This document shows positions 24,662-32,000 of a stretch of DNA of 32,000 nt, one piece after another (position 1 is the stretch's first letter; each line of letters begins with the position of its first letter). Source of the stretch: Candidatus Saccharimonadota bacterium (GTDB lineage Archaea > Nanohalarchaeota > Nanosalinia > Nanosalinales > Nanosalinaceae); contig CP012986.1 in the NCBI GenBank assembly GCA_001761425.1, forward strand, positions 390,001 through 422,000. The letters are read 5' to 3'. The translations under genes were made by a program, and so were the position numbers. The notes under the pieces are model-generated. The model was not told the origin of the DNA and did not search any database. It saw only the letters and a program-made list of their open reading frames with translations.

Positions 24662-25779
24662 CGCTGGTTTATTTCCGGTTCGTCTGTCTGGTCCCAGAGC
24701 CTGATCAGTCTGTTCAGTTTTGCGATTCTGATGTCTGCTATCCCTGCTTTGATGATAGGTGTTTCCCATTCAAGTGCCAGGTCGGATATGGTTGAGTCGC
24801 AGGTTTCTCCGCTTCTGTGGCTTATTACAGGTGTGTAGTCCTGTGATTTTGCCAGTTCGACTGTTTTTTTTGCGTCTGTTACTGTACCGATCTGGTTGGG
24901 CTTTACTATCAAGGAGTTGCATGCACCGTTTTCGATGCCTTCTTGAAGCCTTTCTTTGTCCGTTGTGAAAAGATCGTCGCCGCAGATCATTACTTCAGGG
25001 TTTTTCTTCGTTAATTTTGCGTGCATTCGGAAATCGTTCTGGTCGAAAGGGTCTTCAACGTATACAAGTTCGAAGCGATCGATCAGTTTCTGGATGAAGT
25101 CAAGCATGTCTTCAGGTGAAAGATTTTCTCTTATTGAGGATACTTTGTATTTTCCGTCTTCGTAGAACTCTGAGGCTGCAACGTCAAGGCCTATTCTTGC
25201 GTCGTGTTTGTCGGCGATTTTTTTCAGGGCCTTCAGTGTCTGTTCATCGTTCATTGTTGTGATGAGGGCGCCTTCGTCGTTCATTCCCTGGATTTTCCGT
25301 GGGTACTTTTCTTTCAGTTCCTGGTAGATTGCAGTGTTTGTTTTCAGGGCTTCTGGGAAGCTCTGTGCGTTTACAGGGAGTACTAGGAACTCCTGGATGC
25401 TGGTGTTGCCTCCGTGTTCTCCTCCGCCTATTACGTTGGATAGTGGTAGCGGGAATTTTTTGCTGTGTTTTAGGCCGGAGGCCTGTTTGAAGGCGAAGCT
25501 GGATGCTATTCCGGCTGCTCCGATTCTTGAGAAGTCTTCTGTGTCGTCTAGCTGTTTGATCTGTTTGTCGAATTCTTCCTGTGTCAGATCTTTTCCTTCC
25601 AGGTTTTTTATCAGGTCTTCAGTGTCTTTCAGGTTTTCTGGTACGAAGCATTTTGCCTCGTGTTCTCCTGTGGAGGCTCCGGAAGGTGCTTTACCGTAAC
25701 TTCCGTTTATTTCAGCTTCTACAGTGTTTTTTGTTCTTGAGTCAATTATCTCTCTGAGTTCTAGAGAATCTATCTTCAT
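24658..25779 (-). CDS. eno: Enolase (phosphopyruvate hydratase), compact 373-aa form
   Basis: Contains SGASTGEHEA, DVAASEFY, YVEDPF, GDDLF, KPNQIGT and SHRSGETCDSTISDLAL, so the catalytic and metal-binding positions of enolase are present. Confidence 0.88.
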   Translation of the reverse strand: MKIDSLELREIIDSRTKNTVEAEINGSYGKAPSGASTGEHEAKCFVPENLKDTEDLIKNLEGKDLTQEEFDKQIKQLDDTEDFSRIGAAGIASSFAFKQASGLKHSKKFPLPLSNVIGGGEHGGNTSIQEFLVLPVNAQSFPEALKTNTAIYQELKEKYPRKIQGMNDEGALITTMNDEQTLKALKKIADKHDARIGLDVAASEFYEDGKYKVSSIRENLSPEDMLDFIQKLIDRFELVYVEDPFDQNDFRMHAKLTKKNPEVMICGDDLFTTDKERLQEGIENGACNSLIVKPNQIGTVTDAKKTVELAKSQDYTPVISHRSGETCDSTISDLALEWETPIIKAGIADIRIAKLNRLIRLWDQTDEPEINQR

Positions 25780-25817
25780 ACAACTTTTTTCTATTTCGGT
25801 GGATTAAAGCCTTTCCT

Positions 25818-26144
25818 CTACCTGATGAACAGGAAGTAGATCAGGGCTGCGACTAGTAAGGTGATTATAATTCCTGTGTTGATCAGTGAGATCAGAAGCT
25901 TGTTGTTTTCCTTCCAGATAATGGCTCTGTGCCTGGTCTCCTTAATTTTTCCAGGTAGTTCGTTTTTCTTCTTTACAAGTTCTTCCTTCCAGATATCGAT
26001 CCTTGTCGGAGGCTCCGGTATCTCTCTTACAGAATCCTGGTAGCAACGGGTACACTGTTCCGGAACCTTGCCGTCCTCGGCAAACTGTTCAGAATACCAC
26101 TGGTAACCGCATCTTTTACACTCTACGTTTCTGTACTCCTTCAT
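25818..26144 (-). CDS. Tail-anchored zinc-ribbon membrane protein (108 aa)
   Basis: Has an N-terminal CKRCGY...CTRC motif (CxxC-N17-CxxC) and a C-terminal hydrophobic helix LLISLINTGIIITLLVAALIYFLFI. Its start overlaps the preceding gene by 29 nt. Confidence 0.6.
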   Translation of the reverse strand: MKEYRNVECKRCGYQWYSEQFAEDGKVPEQCTRCYQDSVREIPEPPTRIDIWKEELVKKKNELPGKIKETRHRAIIWKENNKLLISLINTGIIITLLVAALIYFLFIR

Positions 26145-28341
26145 CAGTTACTCCTTTTTCCTCTCTTGCCAGCTCAAGAACAAGCTCGGAAAGCTGTTCA
26201 ACCTTGTGCATTAACTCTTTTTTCTCCTTGCTTTCCTCCTCAAGCTGGTTAATACGTTTTTCCAGTTCCTTACCGCTGTTTACATCTTTCTCAAGAGAAT
26301 TCAGGCGTTTCTCAAGTTCAGAGGCCTTTTCCTGTACACTTTTTTGATCGGATTTTTCATCTTCTTTCAGTTCCTGGAGTCCTTTCTTCAGTTCCTCAAA
26401 TTTTTTCTCGTTCTCACTGATTCTGTCCTGGATTTCTTCTGTCTCAGTGTTTCTTTCCTTTTTCGCTTTTTTGAAGTCTTCACGGAGTATTTCAAGTTTC
26501 TTGCTGTTCTGCCCTACATCGTCTCCCAGGGATTGTTCGATCTCATCCAGGTTTTCCTCAAGGCCTTTTACTTCTTCTTCAATGGAGTTGATCTTTTTGT
26601 CGTCTTCTGCTTCTTTCTGAGCTTTTTCTATCAGGTCTTCGAGTCTTTCTATGTCTTTTTCAGTAGCTGATTCGTTTTTTACCTCTTCGATCAGGTTTTC
26701 CAGTTTTTCGGTTTCTTCTAGGGTGGCTGTTTCCTCCTGGAACTTTTCGAGGCCTTGTTCTAACTCTTCAAGCTCTTTTCTCTTGGCTGCAGTGTTTTTT
26801 AGTTCTGAGAAGGCTTTTTTGTCGGCTGTGTGGTGTCCGAGTTCTCTTATTTTTTGTTCGAGGTCTTTCAGTTCTTCTTTGTCTCCTGCTTCTTCTTTGA
26901 CTTTCTCTATTTCTTCACGTAGTTCCTCGTCTTCTTTTTCGTCTTCCAGGTTTTCTATTTTTTCCTGGATTTCGCTGATCTGTTTCTGGAGTTTGCTGCT
27001 TTTGGCTTCCTGATATGTTTTTACTATGCTTTTGATGTTTTCCCGGTCTTTGATCTGGTCTTCAAGGCCTTCGATCCTTTCTTTAAGTTTCTCGGTTTTT
27101 TCCAGGAGTTCGCTGTCTTCTTCCTCTGATTTGTTTTCTACATTCTGGACTCTGTCTTTCAGGCTCTGTATCTTTTTTTCGTTTTCCGGTACAGTGTCGA
27201 TTTCTTCTTCTCTGGAGTTTACCTCGGTTTTGAGGCCTTCTACGGTTTCTTCCAGTTCTTTGACATCCGCGAGTTCTTCCCTTATTTTTTCGTCGAATTT
27301 TTCGCCTGTGATGAGGCCTTCTATATTTTTTTCTTCGTCGTCTATTACCTCTTCGAGTTTGCTGTCTATGTTGTTTTCGTCCAGTTTGTCGTCTATGTCC
27401 AGTTTTACCTGGTCTATGTCTTTTATCTGGTCTTCAAGCATTTCTTCGTGTTGCTCGGTTTTCTGTTTGACAGAGTCGAGTTCTGGGAGTCTTTCCTCCA
27501 GTTCGCCGAACATTGATTCGACTTTTGATTCTTTTTCGTTTACTTCGCGTTTTAGTTGTTCGACGCGGTCCATTTTTTCCTGGAGGGATTTGTGCATCTC
27601 CGCCAGGTTGTCGAAGTCGTCTATCTGCTGGAGATCGTCCTCCATGTCGTCTACGGTGTCCTGTAGGTTGTCAAGAAGTTCCTTGTTCTGTTCTGACTGG
27701 CCTTTTATCTGGTCTACGTTGCCTTTGATTTTTTCAAAGCGTTTGTTGATTTTTTCAGGTTCCATGTCCTCGTAGATGTCTTCTATCTTCTTGTAGCCCT
27801 GTTTGATGTTATCTACTTCTTTTTCCTGTTCTAGAACCATGGAACGGACTTCGCCGATTTTTTCAGAAAGATTGCTCAGGCGTTGGTTAACCTGGTCTTT
27901 GAAACTGTCGACAGATTCGAAACGGCCTTCCAGTTTCTCTGTTTTCTGCATGAGGTCCTGGAGGTTGATCTCGTCTTCTTTTTCCTCTTCGTCCTGATGT
28001 TCTTCTGGATCATAATCTATGTTTTGGTCTTCACGGGCGATCGCGCCGACTGTTTCAGGTTCGTCGTCTTCACTTTCTTCCTCACTGTTTTCTTCTGAGG
28101 CCTCTGCTGCTTGTTCTTCCTTTTTCTCTTTCTCGTCTTTGTTTTCCTCCTGTTTCTCAGGTTTTTCTTGGTTGTCTTCAGTGTTTTCTTCAGGTTCTTC
28201 CTCTTTTGAGGCCTTTTCTTCTTCCTCTTCAGTATTTTCGTTTTCTTGCGACTGTTCTTTCAGTTCTTCTACCTGCTGGTTTACTTCTTCTTCCACATCC
28301 TGGTCTTCTTCGTCGCCTTTGATTTTGTCGAGGACTCCCAT
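26116..28341 (-). CDS. 741-aa hyper-acidic E/K/D-rich coiled-coil protein
   Basis: Uninterrupted ORF. It has a low-complexity acidic N-terminus of about 120 aa, then about 600 aa of heptad-like E/K/L/I repeats, with no hydrophobic segment. Confidence 0.75.
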   Translation of the reverse strand: MGVLDKIKGDEEDQDVEEEVNQQVEELKEQSQENENTEEEEEKASKEEEPEENTEDNQEKPEKQEENKDEKEKKEEQAAEASEENSEEESEDDEPETVGAIAREDQNIDYDPEEHQDEEEKEDEINLQDLMQKTEKLEGRFESVDSFKDQVNQRLSNLSEKIGEVRSMVLEQEKEVDNIKQGYKKIEDIYEDMEPEKINKRFEKIKGNVDQIKGQSEQNKELLDNLQDTVDDMEDDLQQIDDFDNLAEMHKSLQEKMDRVEQLKREVNEKESKVESMFGELEERLPELDSVKQKTEQHEEMLEDQIKDIDQVKLDIDDKLDENNIDSKLEEVIDDEEKNIEGLITGEKFDEKIREELADVKELEETVEGLKTEVNSREEEIDTVPENEKKIQSLKDRVQNVENKSEEEDSELLEKTEKLKERIEGLEDQIKDRENIKSIVKTYQEAKSSKLQKQISEIQEKIENLEDEKEDEELREEIEKVKEEAGDKEELKDLEQKIRELGHHTADKKAFSELKNTAAKRKELEELEQGLEKFQEETATLEETEKLENLIEEVKNESATEKDIERLEDLIEKAQKEAEDDKKINSIEEEVKGLEENLDEIEQSLGDDVGQNSKKLEILREDFKKAKKERNTETEEIQDRISENEKKFEELKKGLQELKEDEKSDQKSVQEKASELEKRLNSLEKDVNSGKELEKRINQLEEESKEKKELMHKVEQLSELVLELAREEKGVTDEGVQKRRV

Positions 28342-28375
28342 TGGTTATACACTGTTTATTTGACTTTGCCGGTAT

Positions 28376-29460
28376 TTAAGACATGTCCATCTCGTCTTTG
28401 AGGCTGTCGATGTACATGTTTGCCATTTTGAATCTTCCTTCTTTGAGTTTGTCGGATGCGAGCTGTAGTTCCAGTTTTTTGTCACGGACTTCCTGGCCTT
28501 CTTCGTCTCTTCTGTCAAGCTCTTCTCTGATTTTGTCGAGTTTTTTTGATAGCCTGTGGTATTTTTCCATTTCTTGGTCTGGTATTTTGTGTGGGTTGTG
28601 GTATGTTGGTCTGAAGTCTACGAACCATGGTTCACCTTCGTTGTAGTTTGAGTTCTGGATCATTCCTGTTCCGATGTCTTCGCTTGAGATTCTTTTTGCG
28701 AACTGTTCGCCGTATTTTTTCTCGATTCTTTCGATATCTTCCATGGATTTGGTTTGCATCTGTATTTCTGTCATGATGTTTCCGGAGATTGCTTGTTTGA
28801 AGTCTGCTGTGACTTGGGAGCACATCATTAAGCCGATACCCCATTTACGGAACTCGCGGGCGCCTCTTTCGAGAGCGTGGTATCCTCCTTGTCCTCCGTA
28901 TTTTTCCAGGAGTCTGTGGACTTCGTCGAATATTACGAGCATTTCAAGTGTGCCGCTTTCCTCCCACTCAATTTCGAAGATCTGGTCGATGATCTCTCTG
29001 ACTGCCTCGTCGAACTGTTCCGTGGTCAACTGGTTCAGTGTGAATACTGTGATTTCTCCAGGCTGTTTCAACTGCTGGAAGTCAATGTCAGGGTTCTCAG
29101 AGCTGACCTCTTTGATAATACCTGGGTAAGGATGCTCCTCTGTCTCCGGGTCCATGTCAAACCTGTCATAATGCTCTTCCAGGTTTTCATCCTTCAGCTC
29201 CTTCACGAATCCGGTCCACTGGGCAGTAGGGTCGAACACAACAACAGGTATGTCATTCTCCAGGGCCTCTTCAGCCACTACATTCGCGGTCACAGATTTA
29301 CCTGATCCTGTTGAACCGGCCACAATAGCATGTGTGGTCAGATCCTTGGGGTCTATGAAGGCCTCTTTCTCTGTCTCTGCGATTTTTCCAACCTCGAAGA
29401 ACCTGTTGTCGTCTCCGCCGGGAAGCTTGCTGTAGTCTACAGGGAATACATACCGTGATT
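28376..29460 (-). repeat. Copy 1 of a direct repeat of about 1.08 kb (the ATPase-encoding 3' portion of paralog A)
   Basis: Shares long identical runs with 30250-31330, for example TTCCATGGATTTGGTTTGCATCTGTATTTCTGTCATGATGTTTCCGGAGATTGCTTGTTTGAAGTCTGCTGTGACTTG, which is present in both copies. Confidence 0.85.
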
Positions 29461-30253
29461 CTTCTTGTTTGTGCTCCTGGTACCATCTTTGAGTGTAGAA
29501 ACCTCCTCCGATTATGATAGCTCCTACTATGGAGAATAATGCTACTTTGATCCTTCTTGCGTTCCAGAAAGGATTTGTAGCTCTGAAAGTGTCCGTAGCT
29601 GTCAGTGTACGGTTGTTCACAGTTAACTGTCCCTGGATGTAATACTCTCCGAGGGGAAGTTCTTCTAGAGGATCTATGTCATAGGTGAAAGATCCAAAAT
29701 TCGAGAAAGAGATATTTCTGGTTGTCTTGTATATTCTGTTGCCGGAGACAGCATCACGGACACCGTAGATTATTTCACCGGTCCTGTTCCTGGTTTCACT
29801 TGATGAAACGACGGTTAAAGTGCTCATAACTCCTTTAGGCCTCATTGTGTCGGCGGTTGTCTGGATGTCAAGTCTTAGATCTGATTGGCTTCTCCTCACA
29901 ACTCTCAGGCCTGCTGGTATGCTTTTTTCCTGGCCTCCGCCGCTGACAATTATGTTTCCGACTTTGAGGCCTTCGCTTATTTCTGTGGCGTTGATTGTGA
30001 TCCTGGCTTCTCCTGATTCTTTCGGTTCGACTGTGATTTCTTCCTGTACGTCTATGATAGATTGGAGGTCTTCATCGGGCTGTATTGTGTAGGTGGTGGT
30101 CTGGTTGCCTGTGTTTCTGATATCGGCAGTGTATATCTGGGTATCTCCTTTGAAGATCACGCTCAGTGATGGTATGTCGCTGTTGACGCTGAGGCCTGCA
30201 CCTGAGCTTGCAAGCAGTAGTAAGAGGCCTGTGATCACTATTTTCTTTTTCAT
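28376..30253 (-). CDS. Bitopic membrane protein: signal peptide, beta-rich ectodomain, TM helix, cytoplasmic HerA/FtsK-superfamily (DUF87-like) P-loop ATPase and C-terminal coiled coil (paralog A)
   Basis: N-terminus MKKKIVITGLLLLLASSGAGLSV; TM helix VALFSIVGAIIIGGGFY; Walker A AGSTGSGKSVT; Walker B LVIFDEVHRLL; and REFRKWGIGLMMCSQVTADF, which resembles the HerA R-K-x-G-hydrophobic-SQ motif. Confidence 0.8.
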   Translation of the reverse strand: MKKKIVITGLLLLLASSGAGLSVNSDIPSLSVIFKGDTQIYTADIRNTGNQTTTYTIQPDEDLQSIIDVQEEITVEPKESGEARITINATEISEGLKVGNIIVSGGGQEKSIPAGLRVVRRSQSDLRLDIQTTADTMRPKGVMSTLTVVSSSETRNRTGEIIYGVRDAVSGNRIYKTTRNISFSNFGSFTYDIDPLEELPLGEYYIQGQLTVNNRTLTATDTFRATNPFWNARRIKVALFSIVGAIIIGGGFYTQRWYQEHKQEESRYVFPVDYSKLPGGDDNRFFEVGKIAETEKEAFIDPKDLTTHAIVAGSTGSGKSVTANVVAEEALENDIPVVVFDPTAQWTGFVKELKDENLEEHYDRFDMDPETEEHPYPGIIKEVSSENPDIDFQQLKQPGEITVFTLNQLTTEQFDEAVREIIDQIFEIEWEESGTLEMLVIFDEVHRLLEKYGGQGGYHALERGAREFRKWGIGLMMCSQVTADFKQAISGNIMTEIQMQTKSMEDIERIEKKYGEQFAKRISSEDIGTGMIQNSNYNEGEPWFVDFRPTYHNPHKIPDQEMEKYHRLSKKLDKIREELDRRDEEGQEVRDKKLELQLASDKLKEGRFKMANMYIDSLKDEMDMS

Positions 30254-31330
30254 TTTATATCCATCTCGTCTTTGAGGCTGTCGATGTACATGTTTGCCAT
30301 TTTGAATCTTCCTTCCTTGAGTTTGTTCTCCGCGAGCTGAAGTTCTAGGTCTTTGTCCCTTGTGTCCTGTCCCTGTTCTTCTCTTCTCTTGAGTTCCTGT
30401 TTGAGTTTGTCAACTTCTTCTGAGAGGTTGTGGTATTTTTCCATTTCTTCGTCTGGTATTTTGTGTGGGTTGTGGTATGTAGGCCTGAAATCTACGAACC
30501 ATGGCTCTCCGTCGTTGTAGTTTGAGTTCTGGATCATTCCTGTTCCTACGTCTTCGCTTGAGATTCTCTTGGCGAATTCCTGGCCGTATTTTTTCTCTAC
30601 ACGGTTTATGTCTTCCATGGATTTGGTTTGCATCTGTATTTCTGTCATGATGTTTCCGGAGATTGCTTGTTTGAAGTCTGCTGTGACTTGTGATGCCATC
30701 ATTAGGCCTATGCCCCATTTTCTGAATTCTCTTGCTCCTTTTTCGAGTGCTTCGTATCCTCCTTGTCCTCCGTATTCTTCTAGGAGTCTGTGGACTTCGT
30801 CGAATACGATTAGCATCTCTAGGTCTGGGCTTTCTTCCCATTCTTTGTCGAAGATTTGATCGATTATGTTTCTTACTGCTCCGTCGAATTCTTCTGTCGT
30901 TAACTGGTTTAGTGTGAATACTGTGATTTCTCCGTCGTTCTGAAGGTCTTCGAAGTTGATTTCAGGGTTTTCTGAGCTGATTTCCTTGATGACGCCTCTG
31001 TATGGATGTGCGTCTTCCTGTGCGTCCATTTCGAACCTGTCGTAGTGTTTCTCCAGGTCATCGTCCTTGAGTTCTTTCACGAATCCTGTCCACTGTGCTG
31101 TTGGGTCGAAGACGATGACCGGTACATCATTTTCTAGAGCTTCCTCTGCGATGACGTTGGCTGTTACAGATTTACCTGATCCTGTGGATCCTGACACGAT
31201 TGCGTGTGTTGTGAGGTCGCTTGGATCGATGAATGCATCTTTCTCTGTCTCTGCGATCTTTCCGACCCAGTAGTTGTCTTCTTCCTCCGGTGGAAGCCTG
31301 TCGTAGTCCACTGGGAAGACATAGCGTGCC
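30250..31330 (-). repeat. Copy 2 of the direct repeat of about 1.08 kb (the ATPase-encoding 3' portion of paralog B)
   Basis: See copy 1. Similarity stops near the codons for RYVFPVDY, just inside the TM helix. Confidence 0.85.
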
Positions 31331-32000
31331 TCTTCCTCCTTCCTGATCCAGTAGTACTGGTAGCCTTTCCAGCCGACGATACTGATCAGGATTACAGCAA
31401 GTATCAGGATCGTTGCCCTGGTCTTGAACGGGGTCCAGAACCTTTCCTCGATTACTACCGTTGCCGAATCAACTACTGTCTGGTTCTTAGCGTCCGCCAC
31501 CGTTTGAATGTAATAGCTGCCTGAAGGGATCTCCTGTGTTGAAAGCTCTCTCTGCATGGAAGTGGCTTCTTCTATACTGACAGAATCATTCAGTTCTCTT
31601 ATCACCTTGTCAGTATCGCTCTCCCTGAAGTAATGTGTGAAGTTTATCTCTACAGGAGTTTCCATAGTGATCTGGCTCACACGGGTTTCAAAGCTGAAGT
31701 TAGAGCCAGGCTCTACATTCTTCGTAAGTGACTTCACGTTTAGATCGAAGCCATCTATACCTTCTCTAGCCACAAGGATCGACTGCGAACTGTTCACGGT
31801 GGTATTGCCGTACTCGGCTACAATCTGGCCTGAATACGTCTTGATCTCTGCATCTTCAGGGATAACAGCCCTTAACTGGGTTATAACTGTCGAGTTAGCC
31901 GACACATTGATTTCAGTGTTATCAGGTCCAAGGAGCTCACTTATCTCGCCTTGGATCGACATATCAAGTTCTATACTTTCCTCCCTGTTGTTATCTATCT
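30250..32000 (-). CDS. Paralog B of the membrane-anchored HerA/FtsK-like ATPase; the frame is open to the window end, so the N-terminus probably lies beyond 32000
   Basis: Same architecture: TM helix ATILILAVILISIVGW, then GSTGSGKSVT, then IVFDEVHRLL. There is no stop between the ATG at 31962 and position 32000. Its TGA overlaps the paralog A ATG (ATGA). Confidence 0.8.
   Translation of the reverse strand, partial: IDNNREESIELDMSIQGEISELLGPDNTEINVSANSTVITQLRAVIPEDAEIKTYSGQIVAEYGNTTVNSSQSILVAREGIDGFDLNVKSLTKNVEPGSNFSFETRVSQITMETPVEINFTHYFRESDTDKVIRELNDSVSIEEATSMQRELSTQEIPSGSYYIQTVADAKNQTVVDSATVVIEERFWTPFKTRATILILAVILISIVGWKGYQYYWIRKEEEARYVFPVDYDRLPPEEEDNYWVGKIAETEKDAFIDPSDLTTHAIVSGSTGSGKSVTANVIAEEALENDVPVIVFDPTAQWTGFVKELKDDDLEKHYDRFEMDAQEDAHPYRGVIKEISSENPEINFEDLQNDGEITVFTLNQLTTEEFDGAVRNIIDQIFDKEWEESPDLEMLIVFDEVHRLLEEYGGQGGYEALEKGAREFRKWGIGLMMASQVTADFKQAISGNIMTEIQMQTKSMEDINRVEKKYGQEFAKRISSEDVGTGMIQNSNYNDGEPWFVDFRPTYHNPHKIPDEEMEKYHNLSEEVDKLKQELKRREEQGQDTRDKDLELQLAENKLKEGRFKMANMYIDSLKDEMDIK

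Larger units (their letters stand above)
1..32000. repeat. Dispersed, highly over-represented palindromic hexamer AGGCCT (consensus about R-AGGCCT-Y)
   Basis: A manual scan found roughly 125-130 copies. Examples: 176-181, 224-229, 342-347, 7129-7134, 7168-7173, 13700-13705, 13707-13712, 17835-17840 and 17846-17851. Confidence 0.8.

Noticed and set aside
26003-28363. A series of plus-strand ORFs (for example 27026-27775 at 249 aa, 26651-27013 and 28019-28363) encoding S/F/L-rich polypeptides.
   Set aside because: They are antisense shadows of the GAA/GAG/AAA-rich coiled-coil gene (TTC/CTC/TTT read on the other strand). Their low-complexity Ser/Phe/Leu composition does not fit the acidic proteome.
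1-32000. A search for CRISPR arrays, IS elements or transposases, integrases, rRNA genes and prophage-like content.
   Set aside because: None was seen. The only sizeable repeat is the tandem paralog duplication at 28376-31330, and no terminal inverted repeats or recombinase-like ORFs were recognised.

Overview
This is an archaeal chromosomal segment with moderate GC, and about 85% of its genes lie on the minus strand. The strongly acidic (D/E-rich) proteome, the compact and often shortened proteins, and the archaeal information-processing genes suggest a small-genome halophilic archaeon, possibly Nanohaloarchaeota/DPANN-like; that assignment is inference only.

Recognisable content:
- tRNA-Gly(GCC)
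- a box C/D RNP operon (Nop5, fibrillarin)
- a dispersed Fe-S assembly system: sufS-sufU-nudix-HD-sufC, plus separate sufB and sufD
- MATE/PadR, XRE and DUF2178-like modules
- RibL, an XPD/Rad3 helicase, NreA and aIF5B
- the rpl7ae-rps28e-rpl24e operon, rps2 and enolase

Three genes below the ORF-track size cutoff were found by hand translation: L24e, S28e and a 47-aa ribbon-helix-helix protein.

Most interesting observations:
1. The palindrome AGGCCT occurs about once per 250 bp, in all three codon phases and in spacers. This far exceeds any composition-based expectation and resembles the cyanobacterial HIP1 phenomenon.
2. The 3' third of the window carries a co-directional, partly translationally coupled cluster. 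It has two tandem paralogous single-pass membrane proteins (divergent Ig-like ectodomain, nearly identical cytoplasmic HerA/FtsK-type P-loop ATPase), then a 741-aa hyper-acidic coiled-coil protein and a tail-anchored zinc-ribbon protein. I read it as a candidate uncharacterised envelope-spanning translocation or contact apparatus.
3. A 16-bp palindrome TTTAGG-N4-CCTAAA sits between a TATA-like box and the start of sufC, sufD and sufB, and nowhere else in the window.
4. The Nop5 ORF lacks its N-terminal fibrillarin-binding domain. It is preceded, in the same frame, by a 153-aa ORF separated only by TAG plus one codon.

No CRISPR array, transposase or rRNA was seen.
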